Source of the DNA: Occultella glacieicola
GTDB taxonomy: Bacteria > Actinomycetota > Actinomycetes > Actinomycetales > Beutenbergiaceae
NCBI RefSeq assembly: GCF_004353825.1
Contig: NZ_SMNA01000006.1
Coordinates: 1 to 64,000, forward strand
Length of the DNA: 64,000 bases
Reading direction: 5' to 3'
Under the pieces are notes generated by a model, which had not been told where the DNA came from, ran no database searches, and was given only the letters and a program-made list of their open reading frames with translations. The position numbers and the translations under genes are program-made. Below, in pieces: positions 46,119 to 54,770 of this stretch (the first letter of the stretch is position 1; every line of letters starts with the position of its first letter).

Positions 46119-48266
46119 TCAGCGGGCGTCGTCCGCGGCGCGGAGCACCTGCTCCAGCCACGCCTTCCGGGCCTCGAGCGCCTCGGTGGCGTCCTTGACC
46201 CGGCGGGAGTCACCGGACGCCTTCGCCTTCTCCAGGTCCTCCTCCAGGCCCGCGATGGCGGACTCGAGCTGAGCGGCCGCGCCCTCCGCGCGGGCCCGGA
46301 CCCGCGGGTTGGAGGTCTTCCACTCTCGCTGCTCGGCGTCCCGGACGGCCTCCTCGACGGCGCGCAGCCGCCCTTCGACCCGTTGCAGGTCGCCGCGGGG
46401 CACCTTGCCGGCAGCCTCCCACCGGTCCTGGATGTCCCGCAGCGTGGCCTTGGCCGAGCGCAGGTCCCGCACAGGCAGGATCGCCTCCGCCTCGGTGAGG
46501 ATCGCGAGCTTGACCTTGAGATTCTCGCCGAACTCGGCGTCGGTCTCGGCGTTCCGGGCGTTCCGAGCCTCGAAGAACGTGTCCTGGGCCGCGCGGAAAC
46601 GCGCCCACAGGGCGTCGTCCTCCTTGCGGGAGGCCCGCCCGGCCCGCTTCCACTCGTCCATCAGGTCCCGATAGGCGGCGGCGGTCGGGCCCCAGTCGCT
46701 GGAACCGGAGAGCGCCTCGGCCCGCTCGATCAGGCGCTCCTTGGCGTCCTTGACCTGGGCGTGCGTCTTGTCGAGCTCGGCGAAGTACTGACGCCGGTTC
46801 CGGTCGAACTGTGAACGCGCGTGCGAGAACCGCTTCCACAGCGCGTCCTCGGACGGCCGGTCCAGCCGCACGCCGGTCTTCTGGGCGTGCTTCCATTCGT
46901 CGAGGAGCTTGCGCAGTTCCTCACCCTGCTGGCGCCACTGCACCCGGGCCGGATCCGCTCCGGCGATCGTCTCGGCGCGCTCGACGATGACGGTGCGCTC
47001 GGCGAGGGCTTGCGCGCGAGCGGCCTCCCGTTCGGCGGCGATCTCCTTGCGACGCTGCCCGGCCTGCTCGCGCAGGTCCTCCAGTTCCGCGCGGAGCCCG
47101 TCGACGTCGCCGACCACGGCCGGGTCCTCGAACTGCGCCGTGAGCCCGGACAACGTCGAGTCCAGATCCTTCACGCTCAGCGTCGACAGGCGGGCACCGA
47201 ACAGCCGGACCTGCGCCTGCAGGTCCAGGAACCGGCGGATGTAGAGCGAGAGCGCCTCCTCCTCGGAAACCCCGGGGTATTGTCCGACGACGCGTTCGCC
47301 GGCCGCCTCGCGCACGTGGACCGTGCCGTCGGCGTCGACCCGGCCGTACTCGGCGGCGGCGGCGACCTCGACCGGGTCCAAGGGTGCCTCGGCGCCGGCG
47401 TCGACCGGTGCGGGTGCGGCGACCGCGGGGACGACGGCGGGGGTGCTCTGCGCGAGCACCGCCGGCGTGGGCGTCGGGCCCGGTCGGGGACCGGGCCGCG
47501 GCCCCGGCCGTGGCATCGGCTTCGGGCCGGGGGTGGGCGCCGCGGAGTCCGTCCCGGCGGCGGGGGCGAGGGCGACCTGCTCGACGGCGGGTGCCGGCTC
47601 GGTCGGCGACGTGGCCCCGGCAGCCGGTGCTTCCGCCGCGACCGGGTTGGCGACTGGTGCCTCGGTGGCTGGTGCCTCGGTGGCTGGTGCCTCGGTGGCT
47701 GGTGCCTCGGTGGCTGGTGCCTCGGTGGCTGGTGCCTCGGTGGCTGGTGCCTCGGTGGCTGGTGCCTCGGTGGCTGGTGCCTCGGCGGCTGGTGCCTCGG
47801 CGGCCGGTGCCTCGGCGGCTGGTGCCTCGGCGACGGCTGCTTCCGTGCCCGCGGGGAGCTCGGCGGCCCTTTCGGCGATCACGGCCTCGGCGACTGGTGC
47901 TTCGGTATCCGGTGCCTCGGCGGTCGGTGCCTCGGCGACCGGCTCCTCGGTGGCTGGTGCCTCGGTGGCTGGTGCCTCGGTGGCTGGTGCCTCGGCGGCT
48001 GGTGCCTCGGTGGCTGGTGCCTCGGCGGCTGGTGCCTCGGCGGCTGGTGCCTCGGTGGCTGGTGCCTCGGCGGCTGGTGCCTCGGCGGCTGGTGCCTCGG
48101 TGGCTGGTGCCTCGGCGGCTGGTGCCTCGGCGGCCGGTGCCTCGATGCTCGGCGCCTCGGTGCCGGCGGCGTCGGTCGTTGGCACGTTCTGGTCCTGCGG
48201 CAACTGGCTCTCCACGTCTGTGCTCGGCTGGTCCTGCTGGGCCGGGTCGTTGGTGTGCTCGGTCAC
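46119..48266 (-). CDS. DUF349 domain protein with a long EAPA(A/T) repeat N-terminus
   Basis: Contains YGRVDADGTVHVR...ERVVGQY, DALWKRFSHARSQF and WKRAGRA, in the conserved position between relA and hisS. Confidence 0.9.
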   Translation of the reverse strand: MTEHTNDPAQQDQPSTDVESQLPQDQNVPTTDAAGTEAPSIEAPAAEAPAAEAPATEAPAAEAPAAEAPATEAPAAEAPAAEAPATEAPAAEAPATEAPATEAPATEEPVAEAPTAEAPDTEAPVAEAVIAERAAELPAGTEAAVAEAPAAEAPAAEAPAAEAPATEAPATEAPATEAPATEAPATEAPATEAPATEAPATEAPVANPVAAEAPAAGATSPTEPAPAVEQVALAPAAGTDSAAPTPGPKPMPRPGPRPGPRPGPTPTPAVLAQSTPAVVPAVAAPAPVDAGAEAPLDPVEVAAAAEYGRVDADGTVHVREAAGERVVGQYPGVSEEEALSLYIRRFLDLQAQVRLFGARLSTLSVKDLDSTLSGLTAQFEDPAVVGDVDGLRAELEDLREQAGQRRKEIAAEREAARAQALAERTVIVERAETIAGADPARVQWRQQGEELRKLLDEWKHAQKTGVRLDRPSEDALWKRFSHARSQFDRNRRQYFAELDKTHAQVKDAKERLIERAEALSGSSDWGPTAAAYRDLMDEWKRAGRASRKEDDALWARFRAAQDTFFEARNARNAETDAEFGENLKVKLAILTEAEAILPVRDLRSAKATLRDIQDRWEAAGKVPRGDLQRVEGRLRAVEEAVRDAEQREWKTSNPRVRARAEGAAAQLESAIAGLEEDLEKAKASGDSRRVKDATEALEARKAWLEQVLRAADDAR
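47656..48165 (-). repeat. About 30 units of a 15-bp tandem repeat (GGTGCCTCGGYGGCT on +) in two tracts, encoding EAPA(T/A)
   Basis: About 12 units from 47656 and about 18 units from 47896, counted by eye. Confidence 0.95.
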
Positions 48267-49057
48267 TGGACCTCCACGCTCTCGATGATGACGTTCTCGA
48301 TCGGTTGTCCGTCCGGGGAACCGTCGGCGGTGCCGGCCGCGCCGATCGCCTGCAGGATCTCCAGGCCGCTGTCGATCGTGCCGAAGACCGAGTAGCCGCC
48401 GGCCGTGTCCGACGGCAGCGGAACGTCATTGAAGACCAGGAAGAACTGCGACCCCTGACTCTCGGCGTTGTCGGGCTGCCGGGCCATGGCGATGGTGCCG
48501 GCGGGGTAGACGTCGTCGGTGGGCGCGTTCTCGATCGGACCGAACGAGTAGCCGGGGCCACCGCTGCCGGAGGCCGTCGGGTCCCCGCACTGCAGCAGCG
48601 AGTCGGGCAGCAGCCGGTGGCAGGCGGTGCCGTCGAAGAAGCCGTTGGAGGCGAGCATCACGAACGAGGCCACGGTCTGTGGTGCCGCGGCGCCGTCGAG
48701 GGTCGCCGCGACGTCACCCATGTTGGTGTGGATGACCACGCTCCAGTCCTGGTCCAGGGAGTCCGAGGCCGGCGGCGGGGCCTGGTAGGTCTGCGGGTTC
48801 GTGGTCGGCAGGGCGCCGGGCTCGGGCGCCGGCGACTCGGTGCCGGTCGTGTCGCTCGCGCTCGGTTCCGCGGCGGGGTCCTGCTGCAACTGCCTGTTCC
48901 AGAGGAACAGGCCGGCGGCGACCACAACCAGGGCGAGCACCGAGATCGTCGCGACGATCCGGCGTTCGCGCGCGAGCGCGTTCTGCTTGGCCATCTTGGC
49001 GGCACGCTTGTTGTATCGACGACGCGCGTACTCGCGTTCCCGCTTACTCGGGGACAC
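48263..49057 (-). CDS. Cyclophilin-type peptidyl-prolyl isomerase with an N-terminal TM anchor
   Basis: GAGGAGG RBS before GTG. It contains APQTVASF, FFDGTACHRL, LQCGDP, GTIAMAR, GSQFFLV and YSVFG. Confidence 0.93.
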   Translation of the reverse strand: MSPSKREREYARRRYNKRAAKMAKQNALARERRIVATISVLALVVVAAGLFLWNRQLQQDPAAEPSASDTTGTESPAPEPGALPTTNPQTYQAPPPASDSLDQDWSVVIHTNMGDVAATLDGAAAPQTVASFVMLASNGFFDGTACHRLLPDSLLQCGDPTASGSGGPGYSFGPIENAPTDDVYPAGTIAMARQPDNAESQGSQFFLVFNDVPLPSDTAGGYSVFGTIDSGLEILQAIGAAGTADGSPDGQPIENVIIESVEVQ

Positions 49058-49264
49058 CCATTTCCTCCTCGGAACAGACAACGGCCACGATGCGGACTCA
49101 CACCCCGCTCCCACGCCGATTCGCGCGTGTGCGGGGACGCCGAAGGTGGCGCACGTGCCCGATTCTAGGCAAGGCTGCCACACCCACCCCGCCACGGGGC
49201 ACGCGCGGCCGGTCACGGGATGGTCACAAACGTGCCGGCGTCCGCTCGATGGAATGATGGGGGC

Positions 49265-50617
49265 ATGGCTCGAATCGCACCCCTGTCCGGATTTCCCGAG
49301 TGGCTCCCCGAAGGCCGCGCCGTCGAATCGCACATCCTGCGCACCGTGGCCCACGTGTTCGAGCTGCACGGCTTCGTCGGGATCGAGACCCGCGCCGTGG
49401 AACCGCTCGAGCAGTTGCTCAGCAAGGGTGAGACGTCCAAGGAGGTGTACCTCCTGCGGCGCCTGCAGGAGGACGGGGAGCAGAGCGGAAGCGGCGACAA
49501 GACCCTCGGCCTGCACTTCGACCTGACCGTGCCGTTGGCACGGTACGTCCTGGAGAACGCCGGCCACCTCTCCTTCCCGTTCAAGCGCTACCAGATCCAG
49601 AAGGTCTGGCGTGGCGAGCGGCCCCAGGACGGCCGGTTCCGGGAGTTCACGCAGGCGGACATCGACGTGGTCGGTTCCGAGGAGCTGCCGTTCCACTTCG
49701 AGGTGGAACTCCCGCTGGTGATCGCCGAGGCGTTCGCCGCGTTGACCGGGATCGGGCTGCCGCCGGTGCGGATCTCGGTGAACAACCGGAAGGTCGCCCA
49801 GGGTTTCTACGAGGGACTCGGTCTCGCCGACGTCGATGGCGTGCTCCGCACGATCGACAAGCTCGACAAGATCGGACCGGACGCCGTCGTGGCGGCGCTC
49901 CAGAGCGACAACGGGGCGACCGAGGAGCAAGCGCGCGCCTGCCTGGCGTTGGCGTCGATCACCGGCACCGACGCGTCGGTGGCGGAGCGGGTGCTCGCCC
50001 TCGGTGTGCGCACGCCCCGCCTGGAGGAGGGCCTCGACGAACTGGTCCGGCTCGTCGAGACCGCCGCGGCCCGCGCTCCGGGGGTGGTCGTCGCGGATCT
50101 GAGGATCGCCCGTGGCCTCGACTACTACACCGGCAGCGTCTACGAGACCACCCTGGTCGGGCACGAACAGCTCGGTTCGATCTGCTCGGGCGGCCGGTAC
50201 GACTCGCTCGCCTCGGACGGCAGCCGCACCTATCCGGGGGTCGGCCTGTCGATCGGGGTGTCGCGGTTGGTCTCGCGGCTGCTCGGCGCGGGCCTGTCGG
50301 CGCCCAGCCGGGCGGTCCCGACGGCGGTGCTCGTCGCGGTCTCGGACGAGGCACACCGCGGCGCGTCCGATGCCGTGGCCGCGGCGCTGCGCGGCCGCGA
50401 CATCCCCACGGACGTCGCCCCGAACGCGGCGAAGTTCGGCAAGCAGATCCGGCACGCGGACCGCCGCAGCATCCCGTTCGTCTGGTTCCCTGGCGCGGAC
50501 GGCGCCCCCGACCAGGTCAAGGACATCCGCACCGGTGAGCAGGTCGACGCGGACCCGGCCACCTGGGAGCCGCCCGTAGCGGACCGCTGGCCGGCCGTTC
50601 TCCCGCAACCCTCGTAG
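49265..50617 (+). CDS. hisS: Histidyl-tRNA synthetase
   Basis: Contains LSGFPEWLP, FDLTVPLAR, WRGERPQDGRFREF, RGLDYYTG and SGGRYD. Confidence 0.97.
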   Translation: MARIAPLSGFPEWLPEGRAVESHILRTVAHVFELHGFVGIETRAVEPLEQLLSKGETSKEVYLLRRLQEDGEQSGSGDKTLGLHFDLTVPLARYVLENAGHLSFPFKRYQIQKVWRGERPQDGRFREFTQADIDVVGSEELPFHFEVELPLVIAEAFAALTGIGLPPVRISVNNRKVAQGFYEGLGLADVDGVLRTIDKLDKIGPDAVVAALQSDNGATEEQARACLALASITGTDASVAERVLALGVRTPRLEEGLDELVRLVETAAARAPGVVVADLRIARGLDYYTGSVYETTLVGHEQLGSICSGGRYDSLASDGSRTYPGVGLSIGVSRLVSRLLGAGLSAPSRAVPTAVLVAVSDEAHRGASDAVAAALRGRDIPTDVAPNAAKFGKQIRHADRRSIPFVWFPGADGAPDQVKDIRTGEQVDADPATWEPPVADRWPAVLPQPS

Positions 50618-50630
50618 GAGTCCGCGGAAG

Positions 50631-50670
50631 CGACGAGACCCCCAACACCGAGGTGCTGGGGGTCTCGTCG
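50631..50670. terminator. Bidirectional terminator hairpin between convergent hisS and the DEAD helicase
   Basis: CGACGAGACCCCCA...TGGGGGTCTCGTCG, a 14-bp perfect stem. Confidence 0.8.
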
Positions 50671-50675
50671 TGGTG

Positions 50676-52592
50676 TCAGCGGGGAACGCTGCGCGAGGGG
50701 CGCTGGCCGCCGTACTTGCCGGCCGGCTTGCCGGAGTACGGCTTGCCCGACCGCGGCTTGTCCCACTGGCCGCGGGCGCCGTGCGGCTTGTCGACGTGAC
50801 CCTTCGCGTCGCCGACGCGGGGGCCGCGGCGCGGGCCGCCCTCGTCCGGGCGGATCTTCAGGGCCTGGCCGGCCACCCGGGCGTTGCCGATCCGGCGGGA
50901 CGCCTCCGGTGTCACGTCCGCGGAGATCTCCACGAGGGAGAACCGGCTGAAGATGTCGATCTTGCCGAGGTCGCTGCCGCGCAGGCCACCCTCGCCGGTG
51001 ATCGCGCCGACGATGTCCTGCGGGCGGGCGCCGTGCGTGTGGCCGACCGCCACCCGGTAGACGGTGCCGGTGCCGGACGGGCGGTGTCCACGGCTCGGGC
51101 CACGGCGCTCGTCGTGCGCGCCCCGGGCGACCCGCTCGGGACGCTCGGTGTCGAACCGGGCGGAGAACTCGCCGTCGGGGTTCTCGACTGCTTCATCCTC
51201 CCGCCACGGCTTCGGGCCGGTGTCCCCGACCGCCAGGGCAAGCAGGGCGGCGGCGACGTCGAGCGGGTCACCGGCGGCCGTGTCCTCGCCCTCGAGCAGG
51301 TAGCCGGCCAGCTGTTCGCGGTAGGACTCGAGCCGGCCGTTGCCGATGCGCTCGGTCACGGAGTCGAGCACCGTGGTCGCGCGGTGGGCGCTCACCTGCG
51401 CCGGGGTCGGGATCGGAACCTCGGTCAGCGGGGTGCGGGTGACCCGCTCGATGGCGCGCAGGCGGCCCCGCTCGCGCGGGGTCAGGAACGTCAGCGCGAT
51501 GCCGGTCCGCCCGGCCCGCCCGGTCCGGCCGATCCGGTGCACGTACGCCTCCGGCTCGCCCGGGACGTCGAAGTTCACGACGAGCCCGATCCGGTCCACG
51601 TCGAGGCCACGGGCGGCCACGTCGGTCGCGACCAGCACGTTCAGGGTGCCGTTGCGCAGGCGCTCCACGATCCGCTCGCGTTCGCGCTGGGCCACGTCAC
51701 CGGAGATGGTCGCGGCGTTGATGCCGCGCTCGATGAGCGCCGAGCCGACGTCCTCCGCGGTGCCGCGGGTGCGCACGAACACCAGCGCCGCCTCCGCGGG
51801 GGTGGTGGCGAGTACGCGGGCCAGCGCACCGATCTTGTGGCGGAACGGGACGACGGCGTAGGTCTGGGTGATCGTGTCCGTCGTCGAGGACTGGCGTGCG
51901 GTGGCGACCTCGACCGGGTCGTTCATGTGGGTGCGGGCGACCTTGCGGATCGCCGGCGGCATCGTGGCTGAGAACAGGGCGGTCTGCCGGTCGTCCGCGG
52001 CGTGGGTGAGGATCTGGTCGACGTCCTCCGCGAAGCCCATCCGGAGCATCTCGTCGGCCTCGTCGAGGGCCAGGAACTTCAGGCCGGCGAGGTCCAGGGC
52101 GCCGCGCTCGAGCATGTCGATGACACGCCCGGGGGTGCCGACGATCACCTGCGCGCCGTTCTGGATGCCCCGCAGCTGCGGTCCGTACGGGGAGCCGCCG
52201 TAGATCGCCAGCACGTTCACGCCGCGACTGGCGGCGGCCATCGCGCCGATCGCGTCGCTGACCTGCATGGCCAGTTCCCGGGTCGGGGTCAGCACCAGTG
52301 CCTGGACGCTGCGCCGCTCGGGGTCGATGGTCGCCAGCAGGGGCAGCCCGAACGCGGCCGTCTTACCGGTGCCGGTCTGGGCCACGCCGGTCACGTCACG
52401 CCCGGCCAGCAGGGTCGGGATGACCGCGGCCTGGATGTCCGTCGGGGTGGTGAAGCCCATCCGGGAGACGGCGTCGAGCAGGTCCCGCGGCAGGCCGAGA
52501 TCGGCGAACGTGCCAGGTGCCGCGGCGGCGGTGGCGTGGGTGTCGTGGGCGCCGTGCGTGGGCACGTCGGAGGACAGGACGGATTCAGTCAT
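50676..52592 (-). CDS. deaD: DEAD-box RNA helicase (DeaD/CsdA-like, DbpA-type RNA-binding C-terminus)
   Basis: Contains the Q motif, AQTGTGKT, PTRELA, DEADEM, SAT and HRIGRTGRAG, plus DIVGAITGEGG. Confidence 0.93.
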   Translation of the reverse strand: MTESVLSSDVPTHGAHDTHATAAAAPGTFADLGLPRDLLDAVSRMGFTTPTDIQAAVIPTLLAGRDVTGVAQTGTGKTAAFGLPLLATIDPERRSVQALVLTPTRELAMQVSDAIGAMAAASRGVNVLAIYGGSPYGPQLRGIQNGAQVIVGTPGRVIDMLERGALDLAGLKFLALDEADEMLRMGFAEDVDQILTHAADDRQTALFSATMPPAIRKVARTHMNDPVEVATARQSSTTDTITQTYAVVPFRHKIGALARVLATTPAEAALVFVRTRGTAEDVGSALIERGINAATISGDVAQRERERIVERLRNGTLNVLVATDVAARGLDVDRIGLVVNFDVPGEPEAYVHRIGRTGRAGRTGIALTFLTPRERGRLRAIERVTRTPLTEVPIPTPAQVSAHRATTVLDSVTERIGNGRLESYREQLAGYLLEGEDTAAGDPLDVAAALLALAVGDTGPKPWREDEAVENPDGEFSARFDTERPERVARGAHDERRGPSRGHRPSGTGTVYRVAVGHTHGARPQDIVGAITGEGGLRGSDLGKIDIFSRFSLVEISADVTPEASRRIGNARVAGQALKIRPDEGGPRRGPRVGDAKGHVDKPHGARGQWDKPRSGKPYSGKPAGKYGGQRPSRSVPR

Positions 52593-52835
52593 GGTGGGGC
52601 CTTCGTCTGATGCGGAGCCGGCGGACCGGACGGTCCTTCTCCGCATCGGCCCGTCTCCTGTCGATGGCGCACTCTGCGACATCCGCACGTGAACACCCGC
52701 ACTCGGCGGGTCGTGATGTGGGCCCTCTCGCGGCATGATGCGCTCCAGGTGCCTCCAGCCTACCGGGCCCGGAGCCTACGGTGCCGGGTGGGGGCGAAGA
52801 TGTGCCGTAACTCACGCACTGGCATGATCAGCGCC

Positions 52836-54770
52836 ATGGAGTCCGCGCTGACCGCCCTGAGGGCGGCGATCGAGGCGGCGCACTTCCCGTTGGAGGTGCC
52901 CGGCGCGGACCCGGCCCGCGGCCTACGGGCGCACCTGCTGAACCAGCTCGACGACTACATCCTGCCCCGCTACGACCAGCTCGACGCGCCGCTGCTGGCC
53001 GTGGTCGGAGGGTCCACCGGCGCCGGGAAGTCGACCCTCGTCAACGCCCTGGTCGGTGCGCCGCTGACCCGACCCGGCGCGCTGCGCCCGACCACCAGGG
53101 ACCCGGTCCTCATCCACCACCCCGCGGATGCTCGCTGGTTCGCCGACCAGCGCATCCTCCCGTCGCTGCCACGCGTGCGCGGCGACGGCACCATGCCGCC
53201 CGCCGGCATCGCCGGCGGCGCCGGGGGAGCCGCGCTGCGGCTGCAGCCCTACGAGGGACTGCAGCAGGGCCTCGCGCTGCTCGACGCGCCGGACATCGAC
53301 TCGGTGGTCGAGGTGAACCGGCAACTGGCCTCCCAGCTCCTGGCGGCCGCGGACCTGTGGATCTTCGTGACCACCGCGAACCGGTACGCCGACGCGGTGC
53401 CGTGGGAGCTGCTCCGGGACGCCTCCCGCCGCCAGGTGGTCGTCGCCGTAGTCCTGGACCGGGTGCCGCCGCCCGTGCTGGAGGAGATCAGCCACGACCT
53501 GGCCGCGATGCTCGCGAGCGAGGGACTGGACCGGGCGCCGCTGTTCCTACTGCCCGAGACCGACCTGGACGCCTCCGGCGGGCCGGAGGGGTACAGCATG
53601 CTGCCTGCCCACCTGGTGACCGACCTGCGGAACTGGCTGCTGAACCTGACCGCCGACGAGCAGGCCCGCGCCGCGGTCATCCGGCAGACGCTCGCGGGGG
53701 CCACCATGGACGTGGCCCGGCAGTCGTCCGACCTCGCGGCCGCCGCCGAGGCCCAGGAACGGGCTGCCCGCGAGATCCGGGAACGCATCACCACCGCGTA
53801 CGCCTCCGACGCCGTGCTGGAGGCGTTCGCCGACGGTGCGGTGCTGCGCGGGGAGGTCCTGGCCCGGTGGCAGGACTTCATCGGCACCGGCGACTTCATC
53901 CGGGGGCTGGAGCACCGGGTGGGCCGGATCAGGGACCAGGTGACGGCCTTCGTCACGGGCCGTCCACAGCCGGAGGTCGAGGTGAAGGAGGCGATCGGCA
54001 CCGGACTGCAAGCACTCCTGGTGGCCGAGGCCGACGCCGCCGCCGAACGGGCCCAACAGTCGCTGCGGCAGGACAACGCGGGGCGAGCCCTGCTCGCCGG
54101 CCGGGACTGGGGCCGGGCCACCGGCGGCTTCGGTGAGCGCGCCGCCGAACAGGTGCGCCAGTGGCAGGGCTACCTGCTCGACCTCGTTCGCGGGGAAGGG
54201 CAGGGCAAGCGCACCATGGCCCGGATCCTCGCGTTCGGGGTGAACGGCGTCGGTGTCGCGCTGATGGTCGTGGTGTTCGCCTCCACCGGTGGGCTCGTCG
54301 GCGGCGAGATCGTCGTGGCCGGGGGCACCGCCGTGGTCGCCCAGAAGGTGCTCGAGGCGATCTTCGGCGACCAGGCGGTCAGGCGGCTCGCGGAGTCGGC
54401 TCGCAACGACTTCGCCGAACGGGCGACGGCGTTGCTCGCCACCGAGCGGCAACGGTTCCTCGACCTGCTCGGGCCGGTCGAGGGCGCACAGGAGATCGCG
54501 GCCGAGCTGCGGGTGCGCGGCGAGGCGGTCCTCGAACGCGGCGCCACCACCCTCGAGTCCGCTCCCGCGCCGGCGGCGCTCGGTGCCGGCACCACGGGGG
54601 ACCTCCCGGCAGGCTCCGGGCCTGGAGACCCCAGCCCGGCCCGCGTGATCGAGACCACCGACTACGTCGTCACCGACACCCCCGGGCACCGCGCGTCCGC
54701 CACCGGCCCGGACGGCGCCCCGAACGAGGCACCCGGCAGTCCCGACACGGAGCGCCCATGGCACGGCTGA
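52836..54770 (+). CDS. Dynamin-like GTPase (first of a pair)
   Basis: Contains GSTGAGKST, RPTT, DAPDIDS and VTTANRYADA, plus a hydrophobic hairpin (FGVNGVGVALMVVVF...). Confidence 0.85.
   Translation: MESALTALRAAIEAAHFPLEVPGADPARGLRAHLLNQLDDYILPRYDQLDAPLLAVVGGSTGAGKSTLVNALVGAPLTRPGALRPTTRDPVLIHHPADARWFADQRILPSLPRVRGDGTMPPAGIAGGAGGAALRLQPYEGLQQGLALLDAPDIDSVVEVNRQLASQLLAAADLWIFVTTANRYADAVPWELLRDASRRQVVVAVVLDRVPPPVLEEISHDLAAMLASEGLDRAPLFLLPETDLDASGGPEGYSMLPAHLVTDLRNWLLNLTADEQARAAVIRQTLAGATMDVARQSSDLAAAAEAQERAAREIRERITTAYASDAVLEAFADGAVLRGEVLARWQDFIGTGDFIRGLEHRVGRIRDQVTAFVTGRPQPEVEVKEAIGTGLQALLVAEADAAAERAQQSLRQDNAGRALLAGRDWGRATGGFGERAAEQVRQWQGYLLDLVRGEGQGKRTMARILAFGVNGVGVALMVVVFASTGGLVGGEIVVAGGTAVVAQKVLEAIFGDQAVRRLAESARNDFAERATALLATERQRFLDLLGPVEGAQEIAAELRVRGEAVLERGATTLESAPAPAALGAGTTGDLPAGSGPGDPSPARVIETTDYVVTDTPGHRASATGPDGAPNEAPGSPDTERPWHG

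Noticed and set aside
47656..48165. Repeat array considered as a possible CRISPR
   Set aside because: The units are 15 bp, head-to-tail with no spacers, in frame within a CDS, and there are no cas genes.
48263..50608. 781-aa ORF suggesting a giant cyclophilin fusion
   Set aside because: The upstream part is the antisense of hisS. The real start is the GTG at 49057 after a GAGGAGG RBS.
54161..54757. Long N-terminal extension of the second GTPase, and similar extensions on ruvA, ruvB, pgsA, the acyltransferase, the HEAT gene and MMPL in the ORF track
   Set aside because: They overlap upstream genes in another frame. Downstream starts with an RBS, stop-start overlap or -10 box fit better.
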